A DNA stretch of 60,241 bases, counting the filler. It is 6 parts of 6 records of this genome, joined end to end, with 100 filler letters (N's around TTAATTAATTAA, not from the genome) between each part and the next. Parts side by side here need not be neighbours in the genome. Positions count along the whole stretch, not along the records: positions 39,828 to 44,852 come from SRR31156797_5704; positions 44,953 to 53,319 come from SRR31156797_5715; positions 53,420 to 60,241 come from SRR31156797_5723; 3 more parts are not named here. One strand, given 5' to 3'. Every line of letters starts with the position of its first letter. Within the stretch, counting starts at the first letter, position 1. Positions 43,447 to 53,544 of this stretch are shown one piece after another. The notes beneath the pieces were generated by a model. The model saw only the letters and a list, made by a program, of their open reading frames with translations, was not told where the DNA came from and ran no database searches. A program made the translations under genes and the position numbers.

Positions 43447-44142
43447 TCAAATCTCCAGCAAAGAAATTGAGACCATCCCGCGAAAACAGACATCGACGTC
43501 GCTTCCGTCAGTTCGCGGACGGTCGTGAATCACGCCCTTGTATCGGTAAACACCATTTTTCTCGACATAGTGATAACGGTGAGGATTTGCATCCAGCGGG
43601 CAATATCTTCGAACCAGCGTAGAATCGGCAAAGATGGGGCTGGGTAAATTTACATTCCAAAACTGTTTCGGATCCGGTCTTTTTCTTAGTAGATCCGGGA
43701 GCAGAGAAGCAATCTGTTCTTCTACAGCCGCCCAGTCAATTTGCCAATTCGGCCCTATATACTGAGAAACGGCAATTGCCGGAACACCGAGGATGGCCGC
43801 CTCCCTGGCAGCAGCGACCGTACCCGACTGATAGACATCGCTTCCCAGGTTGGCACCGGGGTTGATGCCGGCTATCACCCAGTCGACATCGGGATCAAAC
43901 ACCTTGATGGCCAGGCGTGAACAATCCGCCGGTGTGGCATGCACCACATACTCTTTATCGGTTTTGCGGTCCACTCGAATGGGCTCTCTCAATGAGACTT
44001 TGTGCCCCACATTGGACTGGGGGGTTGCCGGTGCTACGATCGTAATTTCACCCAACGGCCTAACCGCTTCTACCAAGGCGGCAAGTCCGGGTTGATCGTA
44101 TCCATCATCATTGGTAACAACGATTTTCACAGGAGGCTCCAT
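43447..44142 (-). CDS. surE: 5'/3'-nucleotidase SurE
   Basis: VTNDDG, TPADC, GINPGANLG..VYQSGTVAAAREA. Confidence 0.93.
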   Translation of the reverse strand: MEPPVKIVVTNDDGYDQPGLAALVEAVRPLGEITIVAPATPQSNVGHKVSLREPIRVDRKTDKEYVVHATPADCSRLAIKVFDPDVDWVIAGINPGANLGSDVYQSGTVAAAREAAILGVPAIAVSQYIGPNWQIDWAAVEEQIASLLPDLLRKRPDPKQFWNVNLPSPIFADSTLVRRYCPLDANPHRYHYVEKNGVYRYKGVIHDRPRTDGSDVDVCFRGMVSISLLEI

Positions 44143-44323
44143 AAATAATTTTATGCAAAACAGTCTGCAATCATATCAGTCCATGGTCGAATTGCAAGTC
44201 AATCAAAATCACCCAAAGTTTTTCCATGGACGAAGCAAAAAATATCCTGTATGTTTTTTCATACTGCAAAAGCAGAATTCGCTTGCCCAATGAAAGCTGG
44301 ATCATCCTGAGGGCTCGCGAAAA

Positions 44324-44487
44324 AGGCCCGATATGGCTTGGGACTGAAACGAATAATCCCGAATAGCGTCTGAGTCCTAATCGTGTCGGGTTTGCGGTCA
44401 CCTGCAAGGCGCGCCTGTGGTTGCATCGGATTGTGCATAAACGACGATGGCGCAAAAGCATCTTCCTTTTACCTGCGGTGCGCTCGC
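44324..44487 (+). other. Structured intergenic element (candidate RNA or REP/MITE-like repeat)
   Basis: Two long G-U-rich helices (see findings). Confidence 0.4.
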
Positions 44488-44601
44488 ACAATCACCCGGT
44501 TTATGTTCTAATGGAAGTTCCACCTCAAAAATATTTCCGTTTTTTATTTCCACCGTTCTTTTTTTAAACCTGACAACGCTCAATAAAGAAGGAGATTCTT
44601 C

Positions 44602-44852
44602 ATGTTTCAGTTCAATAAAGCATTGGAAAAAGCCGCCAAAAAAATGGGTATGGAACCGTCTGAATTGAAAATTTTCTTCAGCCTCGGTGAGGTCAAGACC
44701 TATGAAGCGGAAGAGTGGTTGTTCCACGAATCCACCCCGCGTCTATGGGCCGGGATCGTTGTCGAAGGGGAAGTAACCATCGTCCGGGGGCTGCACGGTT
44801 CTACGCGACAAATTGCCGTGTTGGCGGCAGGCGCCTCCATTGCCGAAAGCGC
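44602..44852 (+). CDS. Cyclic-nucleotide-binding domain protein, 3'-truncated
   Basis: AAGGAG RBS; WLFHE...GIVVEGEVTIVR...IAVLAAGASIAE. Confidence 0.75.
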
Positions 44853-44952
44853 NNNNNNNNNNNNNNNNNNNNNNNNNNNNNNNNNNNNNNNNNNNNTTAA
44901 TTAATTAANNNNNNNNNNNNNNNNNNNNNNNNNNNNNNNNNNNNNNNNNNNN
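44853..44952. other. Artificial contig spacer
   Basis: N-run/TTAATTAATTAA/N-run. Confidence 0.98.
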
Positions 44953-45642
44953 TTCCCGCACCACGAAAACGAGATCGCCCAGAGCTGCTGCGCACATGGC
45001 GGCACGCCCTTCGTGCGCTATTGGATGCACAACGGCTATCTGATGGTCGAAGGCGAGAAGATGTCGAAAAGCCTCGGCAACTTTTTCACGGTGCGCGATC
45101 TGTTGGCGGAGCATCCTGGCGAGGCTTTGCGACTGACCATGCTGCAGACCCACTATCGCCAGCCGTTGAATTGGACCGCCGACGGCGTCCGTCAGGCGAA
45201 GGAAACCCTGGACCGGTGTTATACATGCCTGCGCAATGTTGCCGATATCGAACCGGTGCCGTCGGAACCGCCGAAGCCTGTTATCGAGGCGCTGTCGGAC
45301 GATCTCAATACGCCCCTGGCCATTTCCCATGTGCACGAGGTTGTCGGAGCGCTCAATAAGGCCACCGAAGATGCCGACAAGGCGGCGCTCAAGGGGCGCC
45401 TTCTGGCATGCGGCGATATTCTAGGCCTTCTTCGGCAGGATCCCGAAGCCTGGTTCAAGTGGCAGCCCGAATCGACCGACTCGGGTCTCGATGATGCCGC
45501 CATCGAGGCGTTGATCGCCGAACGCACCGAGGCGCGCAAATCGAAAGATTTCGCCCGGTCCGATCAGATCCGCGATGAATTGAAGGAAAAGGGCGTCGTG
45601 CTTGAGGACGGAGCCGGCGGCACGACATGGCGGCGCGGCTGA
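44953..45642 (+). CDS. cysS: Cysteinyl-tRNA synthetase, 5'-truncated
   Basis: FPHHENEIAQS, KMSKSLGNF, DDLNTP, SDQIRDEL. Confidence 0.96.
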   Translation, partial: FPHHENEIAQSCCAHGGTPFVRYWMHNGYLMVEGEKMSKSLGNFFTVRDLLAEHPGEALRLTMLQTHYRQPLNWTADGVRQAKETLDRCYTCLRNVADIEPVPSEPPKPVIEALSDDLNTPLAISHVHEVVGALNKATEDADKAALKGRLLACGDILGLLRQDPEAWFKWQPESTDSGLDDAAIEALIAERTEARKSKDFARSDQIRDELKEKGVVLEDGAGGTTWRRG

Positions 45643-45672
45643 TTTCCGGAACGCCCGGACCGAAGGCGGACG

Positions 45673-46119
45673 TTAAAGGTCTTCATATACGCGGTCGGTT
45701 CCCGATTTGATCAGCCGTTTTCCCTTTCTCGGGTAGTCGACAACGTCTTCGCCGCCATGTTGGCCGGCGACCAAATAGACCAGATCGTCGGGGCCCGGGT
45801 TGTGCATGGTGTGCGGACGTTCGCCCGCCGCGAAGCCAAGGAAGTCGCCGGCGCCGACGACCAGCGATTCGCCGCCGATGTCGGCGACACCGGTGCCCGA
45901 AAGAATATAGACGAACTCGTCCTCGTGCCGGTGGACGTGGTATTCCGTCGTGTCGTTTCCCGGTTCGACTCGCACCAGATGGACACCGAGGTTTTTCAGA
46001 CCGCACAGCGTGCCAAGGGTTTTTGTCAGGCGAACGGCATTTTGGTTGAGGGGATGGATAAATTCGGTTTCCTCCAATGCCTCGATGTCTGCGGCACGGA
46101 TCAGGCAGGAGTTCGTCAT
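45673..46119 (-). CDS. Cupin domain protein
   Basis: H.H..EDEF.YILSG...H metal motif, DYP. Confidence 0.88.
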   Translation of the reverse strand: MTNSCLIRAADIEALEETEFIHPLNQNAVRLTKTLGTLCGLKNLGVHLVRVEPGNDTTEYHVHRHEDEFVYILSGTGVADIGGESLVVGAGDFLGFAAGERPHTMHNPGPDDLVYLVAGQHGGEDVVDYPRKGKRLIKSGTDRVYEDL

Positions 46120-46302
46120 GACGGGTTTCCTCATTCCGGATCATTCGGAATCTAACCGATTTCCATGTGCTATTCATAACATCCAGTGGTATCGAATGGG
46201 ACCGGCACGATCTGGTTGTGAGAGCGGTCACCGCGACTGACTTGCGCGGCGCGTTAAGATGCGGCAGGATTTTCACCAGGCGAGGCCCGAAAGAGGATTG
46301 TC

Positions 46303-47379
46303 ATGGCGTTTAACGGCACGTTCAGCAAGCTCAGCATCCCGGAACGGCAGGCCCTATTGGATTCCGGCGAGCGCCGAAGGTTCGCCGATGGCGATTTGAT
46401 CATTCGGCAGGGCACGCTGCTGGGTGGTATTTTTGTCGTGACCGCCGGCGAGGTCCGGGTCGAGCATGGGTTTCGTGTCGTGCGCAAGGCCATCGTCAAG
46501 CAAGCCGATGGCAGCCAGCAGGAGCAGACGATCAACGGTCGGTTGTCGGTGGAGGTTACGCGTCTCGGCAGAGGCGCCATTTTCGGCGAAATGTCCTTCG
46601 TCGATGATTCCCCGACCAGTGCCTCGGTCGCGGCTGTCGGCCAAGTGGAAACCAGCTACATCCCGATGGACCGGGTCCGCGAAAAGCTCGAGACCGATAG
46701 CGGATTTGCCAAGCGCTTTTATCACTCGCTGGCCGTTATCTTGTCGAAACGGCTGCGCGAAGCCAATCAACGTGCGCGCGGGGGGCGCCCGACACCGGCG
46801 ATCGCGCGTTCGGCGGCCGCTTCCGAAATGGGGCTGCCGCTTACCGACGAAAAAGTGAGGGACGAGCTTCCTCCCCTTCCGCCGCAACCGAGCGCGCCAA
46901 GGGTGGAGGCAACGCGCATGGTTGGCAATACGGCGTCCGCTTCTGCCCCGGCTCCTGCGGCAAAACGGGTCGCAGCGAGAGTTGTGCGGAAAGCGGCGCC
47001 GGCGGCACAATCGGCACAACCCGTAAGGCGCCCGGCGGCCCAGCCGGCGCAACCTGCCAAACCGGCCCCTGCCACCGCAACGAGGGTGGTCAGACGACCC
47101 GCAGCGCAGCCGGCCCAGCCCGCACGTCGAGCTACGACCCAACCGGCTCCGGCTGCCGCAGCCCAACCCGTTCGTCGAGTTGCGGCCCAACCGGCTCAAC
47201 CGGCACCGAAGGCCGCGGCCCAGCCCGCACGCCAGTCTGCGGCGCGGCCGGCCCAGCCGGCACAGGCGGCAAGGGTGATTCGGCGGCCGCCGTTGAAACC
47301 GGCCGCATCGCCGCCGAAGGAACCGGCGAAACCGGCTTCAGGGCCGGTAACGCGTCCGACGCCAACGCGCCCGCGGTAA
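46303..47379 (+). CDS. cNMP-binding domain protein with a low-complexity Pro/Ala/Gln/Arg tail
   Basis: GAIFGEMSF...SASV phosphate-binding cassette; repeated RRPAAQPAQPA. Confidence 0.82.
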   Translation: MAFNGTFSKLSIPERQALLDSGERRRFADGDLIIRQGTLLGGIFVVTAGEVRVEHGFRVVRKAIVKQADGSQQEQTINGRLSVEVTRLGRGAIFGEMSFVDDSPTSASVAAVGQVETSYIPMDRVREKLETDSGFAKRFYHSLAVILSKRLREANQRARGGRPTPAIARSAAASEMGLPLTDEKVRDELPPLPPQPSAPRVEATRMVGNTASASAPAPAAKRVAARVVRKAAPAAQSAQPVRRPAAQPAQPAKPAPATATRVVRRPAAQPAQPARRATTQPAPAAAAQPVRRVAAQPAQPAPKAAAQPARQSAARPAQPAQAARVIRRPPLKPAASPPKEPAKPASGPVTRPTPTRPR

Positions 47380-47585
47380 TAGTCGATTGAGGGTTTGGCC
47401 GCCACCGGAGAACAATCGGTGGCCGGTCTCTGACCGCCGCCTAATTTCTATAATTCCGGGCCTTGCCATTCCGATCGTGTCGGCACTGGCGCGGGCGGCA
47501 ATTTCTGCCATATTCTGAGTTGGCGGGGGTGTGTTCGGCTTGCAGGGGTATTTGGCCACGGCGGCGGATTTGACGGAGGATCGAT

Positions 47586-48572
47586 TTGAGACGTTTTTTT
47601 GAAGGGCTTGGCGACCGCTTTGCCGGATTCGGGCAGGTTTTTGCTGTTCCTTTCGGCGAAGGCCGCTGGAAGTACCTGGCCGGTGCCGTTTTTGCCGTGG
47701 CGCTGCTGTATTATCCGGTTGGTATGATCCTGGCCTACAAGATCAATGACGACGTCGCCTATGAAACGCCGGCCGAATTCCAGGTGAACAACGGCAGTCG
47801 CGCCGTCGCAATGGCTACGGCCCTGATCGACCGCGAGGTGATGAAAACAAAATGGGTCGCAAACAAGCCCTGGATATTTCCGTCTTCCGCACTCGACAAC
47901 ATGCCCAATTTTCAAATGGGCCTGATCTATGCGCTTTCGCGATTCAGCATCGAGATGACCGACGTGCTCGGCCGTACGCGTGGTTCCAGTCAGGTCGATT
48001 CCGATCTCGATAAGGCATCCGGTTTGCTCAAATACGACGGCACCATCTGGGTTTGGGAACCGACCACCTCGTTGATGCCGACGGCCAGTGCCGAGCGCCA
48101 GTATATTGCCGGACAAAAGGCGTTGATGAGCTACAACCAACGGCTCGGCGAGGGCAACGCCGTTTACGACAAGCGGGCTGACAACCTGATCGCCTTTCTC
48201 GGGCGGGTCGGCGCCGATCTCGGCGGCGCCTCGGCGGCGCTCGATCTTCGTGCCATGGAATCGAACGCCGGCTGGTTCGACACGCGGGCCGACGACATTT
48301 TCTATGCCGCCAAGGGCCGCCTCTATGGCTACTACATGCTGCTCAGGGAAATCGGCGTCGATTTCGAAGACGTGATTGCCGAAAAAAACGTTGCCAAGGT
48401 GTGGGCACAGATGCTCGACAGCTTGCGGACCGCCGCCGCCATGGATCCGTTGATCGTGTCTAACGGCGCCAACGACGGTTTGTTCGTGCCCAGCCACCTG
48501 GCGGTTCAGGGGTTCTATCTGTTGCGGGCCCGCACCCAGTTGAAGGAAGTCGAAAACATCCTGCTGAAATAA
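47586..48572 (+). CDS. DUF2333 family protein
   Basis: N-terminal TM; LDNMPNFQ.G, RGSSQVDSDL, RADNL, DDIFY..KG, SH...GFYLLRA. Confidence 0.8.
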   Translation: MRRFFEGLGDRFAGFGQVFAVPFGEGRWKYLAGAVFAVALLYYPVGMILAYKINDDVAYETPAEFQVNNGSRAVAMATALIDREVMKTKWVANKPWIFPSSALDNMPNFQMGLIYALSRFSIEMTDVLGRTRGSSQVDSDLDKASGLLKYDGTIWVWEPTTSLMPTASAERQYIAGQKALMSYNQRLGEGNAVYDKRADNLIAFLGRVGADLGGASAALDLRAMESNAGWFDTRADDIFYAAKGRLYGYYMLLREIGVDFEDVIAEKNVAKVWAQMLDSLRTAAAMDPLIVSNGANDGLFVPSHLAVQGFYLLRARTQLKEVENILLK

Positions 48573-48700
48573 CGCCTGCCGAATTTGCTTCATCGATCTG
48601 GGCGCCATATGTGGCGACGGCCGAGGTTTTCCTGGAGCCCATTCATTTCGTATAGTGGCCTTTCGTTTTCGACCCACCAAGCCGGTGAAAAGGCCACGAC

Positions 48701-49156
48701 ATGGAATTTCCCCAGTACTTCGAGGACTACGAGATCGGCGATTCGCGTGAATCCACCGGACGGACGATCACGGAAACCGACTTCGTCGTTCATGCCGGGC
48801 ACAGCGGCGATTATTTCCCCCACCACATGGATGCCGAATGGTGCAAGACCCAGCCATTCGGGCAACGAATCGCCCACGGCACCATGACCTTCACCATCGG
48901 CATCGGGCTTTCGGCCAGCCAGATCAATCCGCTGGCCTTCACCTATGGCTATGACAAGTTGCGATTTCCCAGGCCGGTTCACATCGGCGATACGATCCGG
49001 ACTCGTATTACGGTCAAGGAGAAAACCCCCGATCCCAAGCGGCCCCGCTATGGGCGCATCGTCGAAGCGACCGAGGTGATCAATCAGCGTGATGAAACCG
49101 TGCTCTATTGCGAGCATGTTCTGTTGGCGACCCATCGCGAACCCGTCTCGGAATGA
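48701..49156 (+). CDS. MaoC/hot-dog dehydratase
   Basis: [36 protein letters not shown]. Confidence 0.92.
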   Translation: MEFPQYFEDYEIGDSRESTGRTITETDFVVHAGHSGDYFPHHMDAEWCKTQPFGQRIAHGTMTFTIGIGLSASQINPLAFTYGYDKLRFPRPVHIGDTIRTRITVKEKTPDPKRPRYGRIVEATEVINQRDETVLYCEHVLLATHREPVSE

Positions 49157-50301
49157 CTCCGTCGCAAACGACGCTTCGCGGCATGACCTGGGATCATGCG
49201 CGCGGGTACGACCCCATGGTGGCGACATCACGGCTTTATTCGGAACGTCATCCCGATATCGACTTTGCCTGGGACAAACGCTCGCTCGAAGATTTCGAAG
49301 CCCTTCCGATCGAACGGATGGCGGCAACCTACGATCTGATGGTCATCGACCATCCCCATGTCGGTTCGGTCGCCAAAAGCGGCCACCTGCTGGCCTTGGA
49401 CACTATCGGCCGGGATGACGAACTGGCCGAATTGGCCGCCGCATCCGTGGGGCCGTCGTTTCGATCCTACCGGTTCGGGGGGCATCAGTGGGCGCTGCCG
49501 ATCGATACGGCGGCGCCGGTTTCGGCTTATCGCCCGGATCGCATCGAAGAACCCTGCGCCAACTGGGAACGGGTGATTGCGCTTTCCGGCACCGCATCCG
49601 TCGTGTTGCCGCTGAAGGCGGTGCATGCGCTGATGGCTTTTTTCGGACTTGCCGTCAACTGCGGTTTTGCGCCGGCGAATTCACCCGATTATCTGTTGGA
49701 CACGGACGATGCGACCCATGTGCTGGGTGTCCTGGCGGCGGTGGCGCGTCATTTGCCGGACGCCTGCTTTTCGATGAATCCGATCGATGCCTACGAGGCC
49801 ATTAGCCGAACCGACGGCCCGGTCTATTGCCCGCACGGATACGGTTATGTCAGCTATGCGCTTGCCGGATTTCGCGAAAATCGCCTGCGATTTGCCGATT
49901 TCCCGGCATCGGGGGCCGGCGGTGTCGGCGGATCGGTTCTCGGCGGAACCGGGATTGCCGTCTCGGCCGAAAGCGCGAACAAGGAAATTGCCGCCGACTA
50001 TGCCTTCTGGATTTCCGGTGCCGAGTGCCAGAAGGGACCCTTTTTTACGGCCGGCGGTCAGCCCGCGCATGCCGCTGCCTGGCAGGATGAACGATTGAAC
50101 GCCGCGACCGGCGGCTTTTTTAAGGATACGCGAAGGTCTCTCGACAACGCCTGGCTACGGCCTCGCTACGACGGTTATATCGGCTTTCAGGAAAATGGCG
50201 GGCAGATCGTCAACGCCTTCCTGCGCGGCGACAGCGGGCTCGATAAGGCCATCGACAAACTGAACCAAGCCTACAGGGAAAGTCTCGGACATGAAGAATA
50301 A
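49153..50301 (+). CDS. Sugar-type solute-binding-fold protein with no signal peptide (start ATG 49153)
   Basis: [41 protein letters not shown] overlap with MaoC. Confidence 0.82.
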   Translation: MTPSQTTLRGMTWDHARGYDPMVATSRLYSERHPDIDFAWDKRSLEDFEALPIERMAATYDLMVIDHPHVGSVAKSGHLLALDTIGRDDELAELAAASVGPSFRSYRFGGHQWALPIDTAAPVSAYRPDRIEEPCANWERVIALSGTASVVLPLKAVHALMAFFGLAVNCGFAPANSPDYLLDTDDATHVLGVLAAVARHLPDACFSMNPIDAYEAISRTDGPVYCPHGYGYVSYALAGFRENRLRFADFPASGAGGVGGSVLGGTGIAVSAESANKEIAADYAFWISGAECQKGPFFTAGGQPAHAAAWQDERLNAATGGFFKDTRRSLDNAWLRPRYDGYIGFQENGGQIVNAFLRGDSGLDKAIDKLNQAYRESLGHEE

Positions 50302-51451
50302 CGGAATGTCGCGGCCACTCGACGGCCTGCTCGTGTTGGAATTCAGCCAGTTCCTGGCCGGGCCGTGGTGCGGGTTGCGCCTGGCCGATCTGGGCGCGCG
50401 CGTGGTCAAGATCGAGCGTCCCGGCAGCGGCGATCTGGGCCGAAATCTGTATTTGAACAAACCGAGCCAAACCGGCGTCAATCTCTTGTTCCAGGCAATC
50501 AACCGCAACAAGGAAAGCTTCGCTGCCGACCTCAAGGAAGAAACCGATCGCGAACGGCTGATGAAACTGATCGGTCAGGCGGATGTCCTGATCCAGAACT
50601 TCCGCCCCGGCGTCATGGAGCGCCTGGGGTTCGGTTACGAGCCGATGAAGCAGATCAATCCCGGCCTCGTCTATGCCTCGATCAGCGGATTCGGCGAAGA
50701 CGGTCCCTGGGTCAAACTGCCGGGACAGGACCTGCTTGCCCAGGCCCGGTCCGGGATTCTGTGGCTGAGCGGCCACCGGGGCGGGCCACCGACACCCATC
50801 GGCGTGGCGCTGGCCGATATTCTCGCCGGTCACAATTTGCTGGAAGGTATCCTGGCGGCCCTGGTCGGCCGGGGTCGCAGCGGCAATGGCGCCAGGGTCG
50901 ATACCAGCCTTTTGGAGGGCCTGATCGATTTTCAGTTCGAGCTTCTGACCGCTTATCTGAACGAGGGCGAAATTCCACCGGTCCGGGCAGCGGCCAATGG
51001 CGCGCACACTTTTCTTTCTGCGCCCTACGGCGTCTATCAGACAGCCGATTCCTACCTGGCCATCGCCATGACACCCTTGGGCCGCCTGGCCGACCTTCTG
51101 GATATGCCGGAACTGCGGGAGTACGAAACAGGGGATCGCGATTTCGATGAACGCGACACCATTTACCCCCTGCTATCCGGTGCCCTTCGAAAGCAGCAGA
51201 CCGCACACTGGCTGGCTATATTGCAGCCGGCCGATATCTGGTGCGCCGAGGTGCTGGACTGGCCGGCCTTGTTCGAATCCGAAGGCATGCGCCGGCTCGC
51301 AATGGTGCAGGAACTGACGGGCCCCGACGGGCCGCTTCTGCGCACCACGCGGCCTGCCATCCGTATGGACGGCGGCGCCCTGACGTCACCGATGCCGGCT
51401 CCAGCCGTCGGCGAGCACACGCAAGAGATCGTCGACGAATTCGGGCTCTAG
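50291..51451 (+). CDS. CaiB/BaiF (family III) CoA transferase
   Basis: LAGP, LADLGA.V.KIE, NRNKES, NFRPG, SISGFG, GQD catalytic Asp. Confidence 0.93.
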   Translation: MKNNGMSRPLDGLLVLEFSQFLAGPWCGLRLADLGARVVKIERPGSGDLGRNLYLNKPSQTGVNLLFQAINRNKESFAADLKEETDRERLMKLIGQADVLIQNFRPGVMERLGFGYEPMKQINPGLVYASISGFGEDGPWVKLPGQDLLAQARSGILWLSGHRGGPPTPIGVALADILAGHNLLEGILAALVGRGRSGNGARVDTSLLEGLIDFQFELLTAYLNEGEIPPVRAAANGAHTFLSAPYGVYQTADSYLAIAMTPLGRLADLLDMPELREYETGDRDFDERDTIYPLLSGALRKQQTAHWLAILQPADIWCAEVLDWPALFESEGMRRLAMVQELTGPDGPLLRTTRPAIRMDGGALTSPMPAPAVGEHTQEIVDEFGL

Positions 51452-51486
51452 GCTTTTCGTCGATCGGTCTGGAACGGAACTTGCCC

Positions 51487-52356
51487 TTAATTCACATGCA
51501 TCTGGGCGGTCATGGTGCTGCGAAGGATTCCTGAAAGCGGAATGCCCAGCGGCGCGAACCATTTGTCGAAGATCTTTTCCAGTTCCCGGCGATAGAAGAG
51601 ATCGGCCAAAGTGCGATCGACCATCAACCGAAATGCCGCATCGTCACGGCGCACCATCAATGCATAGGGATCGTAGCTCAGGAAATTGCCGACCAGGGCA
51701 TAATTGTCCGCCTCGCCCGAGGCCAACATCAGCCCGCGCAGCAACACGTCGTCGGTGGCATAGGCCACTGCCTTGCCCGATTTGACGGCCTCGAATCCTT
51801 CGTCATGATCACGAACCGCGAGGATCGTGAAGTCGAGCTCCAGCAACTTGCTCATGGTCCGCAAGCGGGCTTCGTTGGTGGTTCCCTTGGTAACGGCGAC
51901 CGACTTTCCTGCCAGATCTTTGTAGTCATGGACGGCGGCGTCCTTTTTGACCAGGATCCGGGTGCCGGTGATGAACGTGAAATAGGAAAAGTCGACCATT
52001 TCGCGCCGGTCCATCGTATGGCTGGTCGATCCGCATTCAATGTCGATGGTGCCGTCGATCAGCTTGTCGATCCGGTTGTCGGACGTCACGGGGATGAACT
52101 CCAGCGTCAGATCGTCCTTTTTCAGGCGGTTTTTCACCGTCTCGGCGACCCGCAGGCACAATTCAACCGAATAACCGGTCGGTTTTCCATCGGGACCGAA
52201 AAAGGAAAACGGCGGCGAAGCTTGGCGATAGCCGATGCGAATGCTATCGGTTTCGTCGATACGCTTCAGCGTGCCGGTCAAATCCGCCGCAACCGCGGAA
52301 TAGACGAATGCCAAGGCGCCGATCGCACCCAGGGTCAAAGAAAACAGTTTCTTCAT
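51487..52356 (-). CDS. Amino-acid ABC substrate-binding protein (GltI-like)
   Basis: Signal peptide; GTLKRI, SPPFSF, GYSVELC, DIECGST, GTTNE. Confidence 0.9.
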   Translation of the reverse strand: MKKLFSLTLGAIGALAFVYSAVAADLTGTLKRIDETDSIRIGYRQASPPFSFFGPDGKPTGYSVELCLRVAETVKNRLKKDDLTLEFIPVTSDNRIDKLIDGTIDIECGSTSHTMDRREMVDFSYFTFITGTRILVKKDAAVHDYKDLAGKSVAVTKGTTNEARLRTMSKLLELDFTILAVRDHDEGFEAVKSGKAVAYATDDVLLRGLMLASGEADNYALVGNFLSYDPYALMVRRDDAAFRLMVDRTLADLFYRRELEKIFDKWFAPLGIPLSGILRSTMTAQMHVN

Positions 52357-52412
52357 GGTCCCCTCCTTTATTTTCCCGGTTATTACCTTGCCCCCGGATA
52401 AGGGGGGGCCAA

Positions 52413-53319
52413 TCAACCGCCGTAAGCCGTTACGGCGCGTATTGTGAAATCTCCGCCTTTATTGACGACGGCAACGCCATCGAAGGAATCGCGAAAACCG
52501 CGGTCCGGCGCACGAATGATTTCCGTGTCGTCGATGCTGACCGCCATGGAGCCGTCGGCGCTTCGCGTAAGCTGAATCACATGCATCGCATTGTCTTCCA
52601 GCGTCACCGCCTCGCGGCTGGCATCGATCACGGCGGTCCCGCGGCTGCCGATGCGCAACAATTCGATGGACGGCGCTGCACCAGGATTGTAGGCGACTCG
52701 ATAGCCCAGATCACCGGGGCCTTGCGTGACGCCAAATTCCAGCCTGGCCCCGGTGACGTCGCGATTTTCCGATGCCAGCTGGATCCTCAGCGCGAATGCA
52801 TTCGGCATCGCCACAACCGTCTTCAATTTGACCGGCTGCATATGGGCCGGCCGTTGCGACCGTCCGGTCTGCGATTGGTTGCCGCCGGTCTGCTGTTGGA
52901 TGATCGTCGAAAACAGCTGTGCCGCGAGATCGCGGTTCGATAGCTGACGGGCGCCATTTCCGCTACGTTGGCCTCGTGGAGGCACCACTCGGCTGCGCAC
53001 GCCGGTGAAGCGGTCGACCACGACGTTCTGTCCGGCAACGGACCAGTTCGGGTTCTGATTAAGGTTGCCGTCGGAGAAATCGTCAAACAGAAGGCGCCGA
53101 TGCCAAGGCCAGGAATGGCGTTGCGCCAGATCCCTCAGATCGCGAAGAAAAAGCGGATCCGCCGCCCGCGCCCGTTCGGCCTCGTCGATCAAGGCCCGCA
53201 GTTCGGTAATCATTGCTTCGGAGGTCGCGACCCGGCCGCTTTGTGGCGCCCGCCAGTCGCGTTCGTAGCGCTTTTCCTCCGCCGTCGCGCCGACCAGGTT
53301 AAACGCAAGCACACCGGCG
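52413..53319 (-). CDS. Hypothetical, probably secreted beta-sandwich protein, 5'-truncated
   Basis: Long ORF with typical codon use; end of a signal-like segment; DDFSDG..NP.W motif. Confidence 0.65.
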
Positions 53320-53419
53320 NNNNNNNNNNNNNNNNNNNNNNNNNNNNNNNNNNNNNNNNNNNNTTAATTAATTAANNNNNNNNNNNNNNNNNNNNNNNNN
53401 NNNNNNNNNNNNNNNNNNN
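53320..53419. other. Artificial contig spacer
   Basis: N-run/TTAATTAATTAA/N-run. Confidence 0.98.
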
Positions 53420-53439
53420 TTTCTCTCAAGGCGAGAATA

Positions 53440-53468
53440 ATAATACCATTTTTTCAAAGAGACGTCAA
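53440..53468 (-). promoter_or_regulatory. Sigma70 promoter firing off the contig end
   Basis: TTGACG-N17-TATTAT, TG extended -10, upstream A-tracts. Confidence 0.7.
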
Positions 53469-53544
53469 CAGTTTTTTTACTTATTTTTTCTAAATAATAG
53501 GTTATAAAGAACTCTTCCCTAGTAAAATCAATACTTAAAAAAAA

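Noticed and set aside
47020..47290. DNA repeats as a CRISPR array or mobile element
   Set aside because: Degenerate in-frame coding repeats; no constant repeat-spacer period and no cas genes
44602..47379. Two cNMP-domain genes as one signalling cluster
   Set aside because: Separated by a contig spacer and from different organisms
46354..51007. Long minus-strand ORFs (46354-47199, 47448-48680, 48590-49327, 50210-51007)
   Set aside because: Shadows of well-supported + strand genes in GC-rich DNA
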